62,510 nt of DNA, filler included, from 7 parts of 7 records of this genome joined end to end with filler, not necessarily neighbours in it, one strand, 5' to 3'. Counted from the first letter of the whole stretch, positions 9,562-19,702 are shown. The notes: a model not told the origin generated them from the sequence alone. Program-made: numbers and translations.

Positions 9562-10764
9562 ATGAAGCCCAACTATGCCGAAAAGGGCGCCGAAAGATAC
9601 CTTTCAGGTGAATTTGAGCCTTTTGATGAAAAATACATGATGTTCCGACGGGTTATGTGGGATATGCCGGAATTGGCCAAAAAACTCTATTTTACCCCGA
9701 AGATGCCCGATGAAAACAAGCCGGGTTATACCATACAGGACAATGCCTTTAGGAACGCGACCTGGGATCTTGAACGGGATTTTGGAACGGGCAACCGAGG
9801 CGGCAAGCAGATGCTGCTGGACTGGGACAGACCACCCAAAGGAGAATTCGCTCCGCCACCCGGATTGAAAATTTCCATCAACGACCGGCACAGTTTGACC
9901 CATGATTTGAAAAAGATTGCCAGGTTTATGGGGGCATCTTCCGTGGGTGTGAGTGAGTTGGACAGGCGTTGGTTATATTCTCACGCCTACTATCCTGATA
10001 TCCGTAATCCTTTTGAAAAAGGGAAAGAATTGACTGAGGAGGAGATAACCGCCGGGATCAGTGAAAAAATTGAGATACCAGGTGAATATAAATATGCCAT
10101 CGTCTTTGCCATAGCCATGGACTACGATCTCGTGAAGTATTCTCCCAGCTACACCAGCGGTGCCGGTGCAGGGCTTTGTTATTCAAAAATGCCCCTGATT
10201 GCTGCAATGGTGGCCCAATATATCCGAGGACTGGGTTATAAGGCAATTCCAATGGGTAATGATACGGCTTGCTCCATTCCCCTGGCCATTGATGCCGGGC
10301 TGGGTGAATTGGGGCGCAATGGTGTGCTCATTACCCCGGAGTTCGGTCCAAGGGTTCGCATCAGCAAGGTCTTTACTGATTTACCCTTGATTCCCGATAG
10401 ACCCATTGAATTCGGGGTCTGGGATTTTTGTATGGAATGCGGGAAATGTGCCAAAGAATGTCCCAGTCAAAGTATTTCCCATGACGCGCCAACCACGGAA
10501 ATATGTAATGTGTCCAACAGGAAAGGCTTATTCCGATGGCCCGTAAACGGCGAGAAGTGTATTGCCTTCTGGGAACGCAATCGGTCGTGTTCATGCCTTA
10601 ATTGCGTGCGAGTTTGCCCTTTTAACAAGCCGTCCAATATTTTGCATGAGACTGTCAAATGGACGGTGAAAAAAACCCGCAGGTTTAACTCTTTATTGAT
10701 TTGGGGGGATGATTTTTTTGGGTATGGAAAAAAACAGAATCCCGCCGGGTTTTGGAATCATTAA
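9562..10764 (+). CDS. rdhA: Reductive dehalogenase-family corrinoid/Fe-S protein without Tat signal
   Basis: ARFMGASSVG, ELDRRWLYSH, PLAIDAGLGELGRNG, FGPRVRISKVFTDLPL, CMECGKCAKECP and C...CLNCVRVCP. No RRxFxK signal and no adjacent rdhB. Confidence 0.85.
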   Translation: MKPNYAEKGAERYLSGEFEPFDEKYMMFRRVMWDMPELAKKLYFTPKMPDENKPGYTIQDNAFRNATWDLERDFGTGNRGGKQMLLDWDRPPKGEFAPPPGLKISINDRHSLTHDLKKIARFMGASSVGVSELDRRWLYSHAYYPDIRNPFEKGKELTEEEITAGISEKIEIPGEYKYAIVFAIAMDYDLVKYSPSYTSGAGAGLCYSKMPLIAAMVAQYIRGLGYKAIPMGNDTACSIPLAIDAGLGELGRNGVLITPEFGPRVRISKVFTDLPLIPDRPIEFGVWDFCMECGKCAKECPSQSISHDAPTTEICNVSNRKGLFRWPVNGEKCIAFWERNRSCSCLNCVRVCPFNKPSNILHETVKWTVKKTRRFNSLLIWGDDFFGYGKKQNPAGFWNH

Positions 10765-10851
10765 ATGGCATGGATTAAATGCTTCATTGAAAGAGATATC
10801 CGTAATCTACCCCGGGCAAGGGTCTTTCCATTTAAATTGAGGTGAGAAAAT

Positions 10852-12144
10852 ATGACCAAAAGTTTTATGCCTTTAGTCAAAAGCCATGATGAGTTGCTGG
10901 ATCTTCAGCTTAAAGGTTTGAAATGGACCGTAAATCACGCATTTAACGGATCCGAGTTTTACAAAAATAAGATGGCTGATGCGGGGATTTCTCCAACAGA
11001 TATCAGATCCCTCGATGATATTGAAAAACTCCCTTTTACAACATCCAAAGATCTGCAGGAAGGGTATCCGTTCCCACTTTTATCCGTTCCTTTTGAACAA
11101 GTCGTTCGGCTTCATGCATCGTCCGGTACCACGGGAAAGAAAAAAGTCCTTTGTTACACCCGGAAAGATATTAGGGATTGGGCCCATTTTTTTGCACGCT
11201 GTTATGAAATGGCCGCTTTGATTCCCGAAGACCGGGTTCAAATTGCGGTGGGTTACGGTGTTTGGACGGCTGGTGTCGGTTTCCAGTTGGGATGCGAGGA
11301 GTTTGGCGCAATGGCGATCCCGGCTGGCCCTGGAAACATGGATATGCAGTGCCAGTTTCTGGAGGATTTTCAGACCACGGTTGTGTGCTCAACCGCCTCC
11401 ATGGGGCTTCTAATGGCCGAGGAGGTGAATAGACGTGGAATCAGGGAAAAAATTAATCTCAAGAAGATTATTTTTGGATCAGAGCGATCCAGCGATGCCA
11501 TGAAAAGGCAGGTTATAGATCTTTTAGGTGTTGAACATCTGTTTGATATCCCAGGGATGACTGAGCTTTACGGTCCAGGAACAGGGTTGGATTGTGTTCA
11601 CCACAGCGGAATCCATTACTGGGCCGATTATTATATCATTGAGATTCTGGATCCGGATACGCTTTTACCGGTGCCTGAAGGGGAGGTTGGGGAAATGGTT
11701 GTGACAACCTTGGCAAAAGAGGCGGTTCCCCTTATCCGATATCGAACGCGAGATCTTACAAGGCTGATCCCCGGCACGTGCCCTTGCGGTTCCGTCCTGC
11801 CGAGACATGATCGAATCTTAGGACGCTCCGACGACATGATCATTTTCAGGGCCGTCAATATCTATCCCGGTCAGGTGGATCACGTTCTGTCGGATATTGG
11901 GGGGATCGGCAGCGAGTACCAGATTATCGTGGATCGAAGGGAAGACGGCCGGGACCACATGCGCATAAGAGTTGAAGGGGCCATAGGGGTTGACGCGCAT
12001 CGGTTTGAGGAACTGGAAAAACGGATTTCCCGGGAAGTCAAAAAACAGATCATGGTGAGCGCCGCGGTGGAAATGGTGGAATACGGTATCCTGCCGAGAT
12101 CGGAGAGGAAAAGCAAGCGGGTGTTTGACAACCGGGAAGAGTGA
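10852..12144 (+). CDS. Phenylacetate-CoA ligase-like (PaaK family) aryl-CoA ligase
   Basis: HASSGTTGK, PLIRYRTRD, GRSDDMII, RKSKRVFD. Confidence 0.92.
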   Translation: MTKSFMPLVKSHDELLDLQLKGLKWTVNHAFNGSEFYKNKMADAGISPTDIRSLDDIEKLPFTTSKDLQEGYPFPLLSVPFEQVVRLHASSGTTGKKKVLCYTRKDIRDWAHFFARCYEMAALIPEDRVQIAVGYGVWTAGVGFQLGCEEFGAMAIPAGPGNMDMQCQFLEDFQTTVVCSTASMGLLMAEEVNRRGIREKINLKKIIFGSERSSDAMKRQVIDLLGVEHLFDIPGMTELYGPGTGLDCVHHSGIHYWADYYIIEILDPDTLLPVPEGEVGEMVVTTLAKEAVPLIRYRTRDLTRLIPGTCPCGSVLPRHDRILGRSDDMIIFRAVNIYPGQVDHVLSDIGGIGSEYQIIVDRREDGRDHMRIRVEGAIGVDAHRFEELEKRISREVKKQIMVSAAVEMVEYGILPRSERKSKRVFDNREE

Positions 12145-12173
12145 AATGGAGATTTCGGAATGGGAGAAAACGG

Positions 12174-12194
12174 CTAAGAGCTAACAGCTAACCG
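12174..12194. repeat. Heptamer repeat (CTAAnnG x3)
   Basis: CTAAGAG CTAACAG CTAACCG in the intergenic gap. Confidence 0.7.
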
Positions 12195-12204
12195 GAGAGA
12201 ATGG

Positions 12205-13653
12205 ATGAAACCTTACGCATATTACCAGCCCCGAAGCCTTCGTGAGGCCTTCGGGTTGATGGAAAAATTCCAAGGACGGGCCCGGTATGTGGCGGGCGGT
12301 ACCGATGCCATGATACGGGTCAAACAGAAGATCTGGCAGCCCGAAGCCCTCATTTCCCTTCGATGGATTGGGGATCTGTATGGGATCGAGAAAACCGGTA
12401 CTTCCAAAGCCCGGGCCCTGAGCCTCGGCAGTATGACCCTGTGGCGGGAGGTTGAAACGGATCCTTTTGTGGCGCATCACCTTCCCGCCTTGGCGGAGGC
12501 GGCAAGCATGGTGGCCAATCCCCAGATTCGGAATGTGGCCACCGTGGGGGGGAATTTATGTAACGCCGCCCCTTCGGCCGACGGGGCTCCGCCGTTGATG
12601 GTCATGGAAGCGGTCTTGACCATTGCGGGTCCCCATGGCGCAAGGGATGTGCCCATCTCGGAATTTTTCAAGGGGCCGGGACAACACTGCATGGCTCCCG
12701 GTGAACTGCTGACGGCCGTTACCATTCCCGAAATGGACCTGAACACCGGCGTGGCGTTTCTCAAATCCGGGCGGGTGAGCCAGGATATTGCCCTTGCCAA
12801 TGTGGCGGTGTATCTGCAGATGGAGAACGGGGTTTGTAACAAGTGCCGTGTTTCGGCCGGGGCCGTGGGGCCCGTACCCCTGAGACTTCCGGGGGTGGAA
12901 GCCCTTGTGGAAGGAAAAGAGATCACCCCGGATCTCCTTTTGGAAATCCAGGATAAGGCAGCCTTTGAAGTGACCCCCATCACCGATGTGAGATCCACCG
13001 AAATTTATCGCAGGACCGTCACCGGCGTGATGGTGAAACGGGCATTGGAGCAGGCCCTTGTTCAGGCCAAGCGGAAATCCGAAAGCCGGGATGCGAATGC
13101 GTCCCATGGGGAGCCGCAAGGTGTGGATACCATGGAACCCACGGTGGGCCCGTATGATTCCCCCCTTCGCAAACTGGTCCGCTTTCATTTGAATGGACAT
13201 GCCGTTGAAGCGGAAGTGATGAGCCACAAGATGCTTTCAAATGTTCTGCGGGATACCTTTGAATTCACCGGGACCAAGGAAGGATGCGGTCAGGGGGAGT
13301 GCGGCGCCTGTACGGTACTGGTGGACGGGGAAAGTGTTAATTCATGCCTTTATCCCGCATTTGAGGTGGACGGAAAAAACGTAACCACCATTGAAGGCCT
13401 CGTGGGTGAAGGGAACCGATTGGATCCCATACAGGAGGCGTTTGTGGAAAGCGGAGGCGTTCAATGCGGTTTTTGCACCCCCGGCATGATCATGAGCGCC
13501 AAAGCCATGTTGAACAAAAACGCCCGCCCCACGGAAGAGGAGATTCGAAAGGGGATTTCCGGAAATCTCTGCCGCTGCACCGGGTATGTGCAGATTGTTG
13601 AGTCCATTAAAGGGGCTTCGCGGATGCTTGGGGCGAATGATGCAAAGCCTTGA
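12205..13653 (+). CDS. Xanthine dehydrogenase-family FAD subunit fused to [2Fe-2S] subunit
   Basis: AGGTD, QIRNVATVGGNLCNAAPSAD and DVRST (FAD part), then GTKEGCGQGECGACTV, QCGFCTPG and NLCRCTGY (FeS part) in one frame. Confidence 0.92.
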   Translation: MKPYAYYQPRSLREAFGLMEKFQGRARYVAGGTDAMIRVKQKIWQPEALISLRWIGDLYGIEKTGTSKARALSLGSMTLWREVETDPFVAHHLPALAEAASMVANPQIRNVATVGGNLCNAAPSADGAPPLMVMEAVLTIAGPHGARDVPISEFFKGPGQHCMAPGELLTAVTIPEMDLNTGVAFLKSGRVSQDIALANVAVYLQMENGVCNKCRVSAGAVGPVPLRLPGVEALVEGKEITPDLLLEIQDKAAFEVTPITDVRSTEIYRRTVTGVMVKRALEQALVQAKRKSESRDANASHGEPQGVDTMEPTVGPYDSPLRKLVRFHLNGHAVEAEVMSHKMLSNVLRDTFEFTGTKEGCGQGECGACTVLVDGESVNSCLYPAFEVDGKNVTTIEGLVGEGNRLDPIQEAFVESGGVQCGFCTPGMIMSAKAMLNKNARPTEEEIRKGISGNLCRCTGYVQIVESIKGASRMLGANDAKP

Positions 13654-13673
13654 TGGGTGCGGTTGGAAAATAG

Positions 13674-13782
13674 CTATTAGCGGTTCGCGCTATTAGCTCT
13701 TAGAAACGAAAAAGATAAATTTTTATCCACAAGCGAAAAGCTAACCGCTAAAAGCTAATGGCTAAAAGCTAATGGCTAAAAG
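13674..13782. repeat. Intergenic heptamer inverted-arm element
   Basis: Left arm of CTnTTAG units (13674-13703), central imperfect palindrome GATAAATTTTTATC, right arm of seven CTAAnnG-type units (13734-13782). Confidence 0.85.
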
Positions 13783-13790
13783 CCAGAGGT

Positions 13791-16259
13791 ATGAATATGA
13801 CCCAGTTTAATTTTATCGGTGCCGAAGTCCCCAGACCCGATGCTCCGGACAAGGCCGCCGGAAAGGCCATGTATATCCATGATATGACGCGGCCCGGAAT
13901 GCTGTACGGAAAGATCAAGTTCAGTGAATACGCCCATGCCCGCATTAAGCATATCGACACATCCCGAGCCGAAAAACTCCCCGGGGTCCGTGCGGTCATT
14001 ACCGCCTACAATACGCCGGAGATCCGAATCGGATTCATCAAGGATAATTTTGCCCTGAAACGGGACAAGGTGAGGCAGTTCAGGGATGAAGTGGCGGCCG
14101 TTGCGGCCACGGACCCGGATATCGCCGCGGAAGCCATCGACCTGATCCGGGTGGAGTACGAGGAACTTCCGGGCGTTTTTTCCCCCACACAAGCCCTTGA
14201 AGAAGGTTCTCCCATCGTCCACGAGACCGATCTCAAAGGGCGGCCCAAAACGGACAACATGGTTCCGGTGCCGTGGAAATTTGTAACCGGTGATGTTGAA
14301 AGGGCCAGGGATGAGGCGGCCCATGTGGTTGAGGAAAATTATACCACCCCGCTCATACAGCAGTCCTGCATGGGGACCGCCGGCTGCATCGCGGAGTTTG
14401 ATCTCCAGAGCAACCTGATCATCCGCACCAAGACCCAGATCCCCTTCCTGGCCCAGAACGATTTCAACCAGGCTCTCAGGGATATGGGGCTCAAGGGGAA
14501 AAAAAGCAGGGTCATTGTGCCCACCCTGGGGGGATCCTTCGGTACGGGCCTGGACACCCACAGCTATGAATTCATCTCCATCCTTCTGGCCTACAGGACC
14601 GGCAGGCCGGTCAAGATGGTCCTGAACCGTGAGGAGGAATTCACGGCCCTTTCTCCCCGTCAGCCCACGGAAACCCACATTATACAGGGTTGCGACCGAA
14701 ACGGTAAAATGGTGCTGCGGGACATTAAAATGGTGCTGGACAACGGCGCCTACACCTCCTGGGGCGCCACCACGCCCAGTGTCATGATGATTCCCGCCTC
14801 TTCCATATACCGGGTGCCCAATGTTCTGTTCAGGACAACCATTGTCTACACCAACAACACCTATTGTCAGGCCATGAGGGGATACGGTAATCCCCAGGTG
14901 GCATGGGCCATGGAAAGCAACATGGACCAACTGGCCGAGGCCGCCGGCATCGATCCCTTTGAATTCAGGAAAATCAACAGCAATATTCCCCATGAGACCA
15001 CCCCCATGGGCCTCAAGGTCTCCACCTGCGGCATGAAGGAGTGCCTGGAATCGGTGGCTGAAAAGCTGGACTGGAAATCCCTCTGCGGAAAGAGCGACCT
15101 GAAGCGCGGCTCCGCCCATGCGTGTACGACCCTTGTGGGGAGCACGCCGGCAAAGGCCAGGGGCGTGGGGATGGCGGCCCTCTTCCACGTGGGGGGGTCC
15201 GGCCGGGTGTACCGATCGGACGGGTCCGGTATCATTTTAAAGATCGATGACTTTGGCGATGTTTCCGTGGTGTCCGGCGGTATTGAAATGGGACAGGGCT
15301 TTGATTCGGCCCTGGCCCTGGCCACGGCGGAGGCGCTGGGGGTCACTGAAGACCGTGTGAAGGTCATAACGGGGGATACGGCCACCTGCCCCTGGGATGT
15401 GGGCACCCACGCCAGTCGCGGCGCCTTTACAGCCTGTAATGCCAGTATTATGGCGGCGGAAAAGGCCCGGAAAAAAATTTTTGAACTGGCCAGTGAGCAT
15501 TTCATGCTCCGGGTTAAGAGCCGCATGAAAAAGATGAAACGAAAAGACCCGGATTTCGAGATTCCCGATCTGGACTATGAGACCCTCTTCGATCCATCGG
15601 ACTTTGACATGAAGGAAAATCGCATTTTTCTGAAAAAAGAACCCGATGATCCCGATCTCCACGTGACCCTGGAGGAGATCCTCCGGGCCGCCCACTACAA
15701 GGAGCAGGGGACCATGGTCATTGAAGAAGCCTTTTATGATCCCCCGAACCAGATGCTGGATGCCAGGACGGGGCGCGGCAACATGAGTTCAACCTATATT
15801 GTGGGCGCCCAGGGGGCCGTGGTGGAGGTGGACCTTGAAACGGGAAAGGTGGAAATTATGAAAGTGGCCGCGGCCCATGATGTGGGTCAGGTGTTGAACC
15901 GGCAGACCATCAAGGGACAGATTTACGGGGCCCTTGCCCAGGGGATCGGGTACGCCCTCTCCGAGGAGTATAAAACCCATAAGGGGCGGAACCTGAACCC
16001 CAATTTTCTCGATTACAAGATCCTCTCGGCTCCGGACCTCAATTTCCCCATTGAGATTGATTGCATTGAAACCCACGATAAAACGGGTCCTTTCGGTGCC
16101 AAGGGGGTGGGTGAGCCTGGTCTGGTCCCCACGGCGCCGGCCATCGGCAATGCGGTTTACGATGCCATCGGTGTCCGCATTCGGGATCTGCCCATCACCC
16201 CGGAGAAGATCCTGGCCGCATTGGATGAGAAGAGAAAAAAGCAAGACGCTAACAGCTAA
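13791..16259 (+). CDS. Xanthine dehydrogenase-family molybdopterin-binding large subunit
   Basis: TQIPF, GGSFG, AMRGYG, EMGQG, HASRG and AKGVGE (catalytic Glu). Confidence 0.95.
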   Translation: MNMTQFNFIGAEVPRPDAPDKAAGKAMYIHDMTRPGMLYGKIKFSEYAHARIKHIDTSRAEKLPGVRAVITAYNTPEIRIGFIKDNFALKRDKVRQFRDEVAAVAATDPDIAAEAIDLIRVEYEELPGVFSPTQALEEGSPIVHETDLKGRPKTDNMVPVPWKFVTGDVERARDEAAHVVEENYTTPLIQQSCMGTAGCIAEFDLQSNLIIRTKTQIPFLAQNDFNQALRDMGLKGKKSRVIVPTLGGSFGTGLDTHSYEFISILLAYRTGRPVKMVLNREEEFTALSPRQPTETHIIQGCDRNGKMVLRDIKMVLDNGAYTSWGATTPSVMMIPASSIYRVPNVLFRTTIVYTNNTYCQAMRGYGNPQVAWAMESNMDQLAEAAGIDPFEFRKINSNIPHETTPMGLKVSTCGMKECLESVAEKLDWKSLCGKSDLKRGSAHACTTLVGSTPAKARGVGMAALFHVGGSGRVYRSDGSGIILKIDDFGDVSVVSGGIEMGQGFDSALALATAEALGVTEDRVKVITGDTATCPWDVGTHASRGAFTACNASIMAAEKARKKIFELASEHFMLRVKSRMKKMKRKDPDFEIPDLDYETLFDPSDFDMKENRIFLKKEPDDPDLHVTLEEILRAAHYKEQGTMVIEEAFYDPPNQMLDARTGRGNMSSTYIVGAQGAVVEVDLETGKVEIMKVAAAHDVGQVLNRQTIKGQIYGALAQGIGYALSEEYKTHKGRNLNPNFLDYKILSAPDLNFPIEIDCIETHDKTGPFGAKGVGEPGLVPTAPAIGNAVYDAIGVRIRDLPITPEKILAALDEKRKKQDANS

Positions 16260-16276
16260 CAGCTAACAGCTAACAG
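16249..16276. repeat. Heptamer tandem repeat CTAACAG x4, truncated by contig end
   Basis: Four exact units; the array supplies the stop codon of the upstream gene. Confidence 0.85.
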
Positions 16277-16376
16277 NNNNNNNNNNNNNNNNNNNNNNNN
16301 NNNNNNNNNNNNNNNNNNNNTTAATTAATTAANNNNNNNNNNNNNNNNNNNNNNNNNNNNNNNNNNNNNNNNNNNN
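16277..16376. other. Artificial contig linker
   Basis: N-run + TTAATTAATTAA (stops in all six frames) + N-run, 100 nt. Confidence 0.99.
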
Positions 16377-17226
16377 CCGAGTTCCCGTACCTAAACAGAA
16401 AATGCCGGGTATATAGCCTGTATGAACGGGGTCAGTCTATTGCAGTCATTGCCAAACATACGGGCAGCAACTGGCCCCGGATACAACGGTGGACCTGAAC
16501 CATTACCTTGTCCCATATGGGGCCAACCGGCAAGTCCGTGAAAAATATAACCGTGGATACGGAAGCCAAGGCATGAATCGAAAAATGGATATTTTTCTTG
16601 ACTTATGCATTTCCATGGGCATAAAGAATCTGTAATGATTTAACCTTAATTTTTTCACTATTTGGATAAGATTGATTTATTCATTCCCAAGATTCAAAAA
16701 ATTATAAAGTGACCTATTTTTTTAAACATCTCATTTTCTCCGAATTTCCGGAAAACAGGGGGCTTATTGCAAAACGCCTGAAAGTTCCGGTCATCGGGGC
16801 AAAGGCCAAGTATTTGCTCTGGAATAAATAAAGGTTCCGGGAACCCCGAGCCTTATGAAAAGGGTGGACGCCGCGCTTTTCTGGCCGAACCGCAAGATCT
16901 CATGAAAGGGGGGACGGGTCACACCCTCCGCGTCTTCCGGACGCAGGGCGTTCCCCATGTGTTGCAGTGTGGGGTGAATGGATGGGGTGGTGGAGTAGTC
17001 CGAAATTTTGAGGTCGATTATTTTAGCTTCCATGGGAGGATCAATTATCGAAATAAAATCAAAATGGGTTCATTTTTTTTAAAGGCTGTGACCGTATCTG
17101 TCAAACAGGGGTGTTAAGATGTCGATTTTTCGATGATGGGGCACCGGTTGCTCTTTCGTTCTTTACCAACATAAGAATGCAATTCAAAAATAAACCTTTC
17201 GGAACTGCAGAAAAAAAGGGGATATT

Positions 17227-19690
17227 ATGAACTTGGCAAATGGCCCAAAGACAAGGCCTATATCCTATTTAGCACATTACCGCCTTCATGATGCCGCCCG
17301 CCATAGCGTGAAAACACACTTATTTGAGACTTCTTTTTTTTTCAGAAAAATTTGCAGGCAAAATCGGGTTAAACAAAATCGGAGAATTATTAGGGCTTCT
17401 TCATGATTTGGGAAAATATAGCTTTGAATATCAATGTTACATAGAATCTGCCGTTGGATTGCTCTGTCCAGGGAACAAAAACTATGTAGTTGCAAAGAGA
17501 TTAAGAGGAAAAATTGATCATTCCACTGCCGGCGCTCAATGGATTTGGGAGGCGTCAAGAGATAAAGTTAAAATTGATAAATTTGCGGCAGAAATAGCCT
17601 CTCTATGTGTGCTCTCTCACCATTCAGGTTTGATCGATATCTTTGATATTGCCGGTGAAGATAAATTTTCGGCGCGACTGAATAAGGATTTAGCTTTCAC
17701 GCATTATTATGAAGCGCAAGAAAAAGTTGATCATTCAATTTCAGACCGCATCACAGAACTGATTAAATCATACGAAAAACATGAACAATTGAAGAATTTT
17801 GTAATTAAAGTCCATGGGCTTTACCGGGACCCCGTACGGCAATTTTCAAAAGGATTATTGGTCCGCTTTCTTTTCAGTAGTTTGGTGGATGCGGATCGAT
17901 TGAGCACAGCCGATTTCGAAAATCCAGAAGATAAAAAGTTTCGGTATCTCGGGGATTATCCGGATTGGCAAAAGCTAACAGATTGTTTTGAACAGATGTC
18001 CTTTGAAATTACAAATGAAGTCGATGAGAAAAGATGCGAGATTTCATCGTCCTGCAAGCAACGGGCAAATGATAAGCAGGGCCTTTATTATTTGACAGTT
18101 CCAACAGGGGGAGGGAAAACATTTTCCAGCCTCCGTTTTGCGCTCCACCATGCAAAGAGATATGAACTTGACCGCATTATTTATGTTATCCCATATACCT
18201 CGATTATTGATCAGAACGCTTCGGAAGTATCGAAAATATTTGATGTCTTCTCCGAGCAGATTGTTTTAGAGCATCACTCGAACCTGGTGCCTGAAAAGGA
18301 CACCTATCGAAACCGGATTTTATCGGAAAACTGGGACGCGCCGATTGTATTTACCACATCCGTCCAATTGCTGGAAACGCTTTTCGGGGGCGGAACACGC
18401 AGTGTGCGTCGTATGCATCAGTTGGCAAAATCAGTCATCATTTTTGATGAAATCCAGACGCTACCAATCAAAACCGTTCATCTGTTTAACAACGCGATTA
18501 ATTTTTTAACAGATCTTTGCTCCTCAACCGTTGTCTTTTGTACAGCGACCCAGCCACTTTTACATGGGGTTGACCCATCTAAAGGTGCAGTGCCATATGC
18601 TGATGCTATGGAAATCGTGGATTATCCCCCGTTTTTTGATGCACTAAAGCGGGTTGTTGTTGAGGATTGCCTTAGAAACGGGGGGTGGACGGAAGAGGAG
18701 TTGGTGGATCGTGTGAAAATGCTTTTACAAGGTAAGGAAAGCGTTCTTGTCGTTACGAATACAAAGTCAAATGCGAAACGCTTGTTCGAATTCTGCCGCG
18801 ACCTTTCGGAAAATGTTTTTCATCTCAGTACAAACATGTGTCCGAAGCACCGGAAGAAAATTTTGGAGCAGGTCATTGATTGCCTTAAACCATCGAATCC
18901 TAAACCGGTTATTTGCATCAGCACTCAGTTGATTGAGGCCGGGGTAGATATAGATTTCGGTGCTGTCATTCGTTGTTTGGCCGGGCTGGATTCCATAGCA
19001 CAAGCCGCTGGGCGTTGCAACCGCAATGGGCAACAGGATAATTTAGGGATAGTTCAAATCGTTAACCTGAAAAATGAAAACCTCGACAAATTGCAGGAAA
19101 TAAGAAAAGCCCAGGAGGTGACACTACGCATCCTTGATGAATACAAAGTAAATCCCGCAAGCTTCGATAAGGATATTATCGGCCATAAAGCCATGAAGCG
19201 ATTTTATGCGTACTATTTTTATAAACGGGCGGGTGAAATGAGCTACTCGGTTTCCAGAAATAGACCGGGACGCGACGATGACTTGCTCTCACTTCTATCA
19301 ACAAACCATCAATCGATTGACGAATATAAAAGAAAACACGGAAGTCCTTCTCTTTATTTGAGACAATCATTCAAGACCGCTAGCAAACATTTTCTTGTGA
19401 TCGATGCACCTACGGAGGCAATCATAGTCCCGTACGATGAAGAGGCAAAATCAATTATTGCAAAGCTTTCCGCGGAATTGCCAGTGAAAGAAGAATCGAG
19501 GCTTTTGAAAGCCGCGCAGCAGTATTCTGTAAATATTTTCCCCCATATGATTCAAAAACTCCATGATGAAGAGGCCTTGTATCAGACGTATGATGAGAGC
19601 GGAATTTGGCATTTGGACAAACAATACTACAGCAAGGATTTCGGTGTGAGTCTGGAGCCGGTCGTGCAGATGGAATTCTTAAACGCATAA
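17227..19690 (+). CDS. cas3: CRISPR-associated helicase/nuclease Cas3 (type I-C), +1 frameshift in T9 tract at 17334-17342
   Basis: LHDLGK (HD), PTGGGKT, DEIQ, TATQP, STQLIEAGVD, QAAGRCNR. The N-terminal YLAH...KTHL segment from ATG 17227 is one base out of frame with ORF 17324-19690. Confidence 0.93.
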
Positions 19691-19702
19691 GAGGAGGCCG
19701 AA

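Noticed and set aside
9562-10764. Epoxyqueuosine reductase QueG or a respiratory RdhA
   Set aside because: The RRWLYSH region and overall layout fit RdhA better than QueG, and the lack of a Tat signal and rdhB argues against the respiratory type. A phylogeny is still needed.
12205-16259. 4-hydroxybenzoyl-CoA reductase (HcrCAB)
   Set aside because: The FAD subunit lacks the Cys-containing [4Fe-4S] insert after GNLC that characterises HcrB.
16321-16332. TTAATTAATTAA as a biological repeat
   Set aside because: It is identical in all six N-gaps and is a six-frame-stop assembly spacer.
16377-17033. Short HTH-like frame at the contig edge and ORFs 16791-17033 / 16902-17117
   Set aside because: Too short and fragmentary to assign; no clear family motifs.
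13791-19690. Functional link between the catabolic operon and the CRISPR locus (or any cross-gap neighbours)
   Set aside because: They are separated by artificial linkers.
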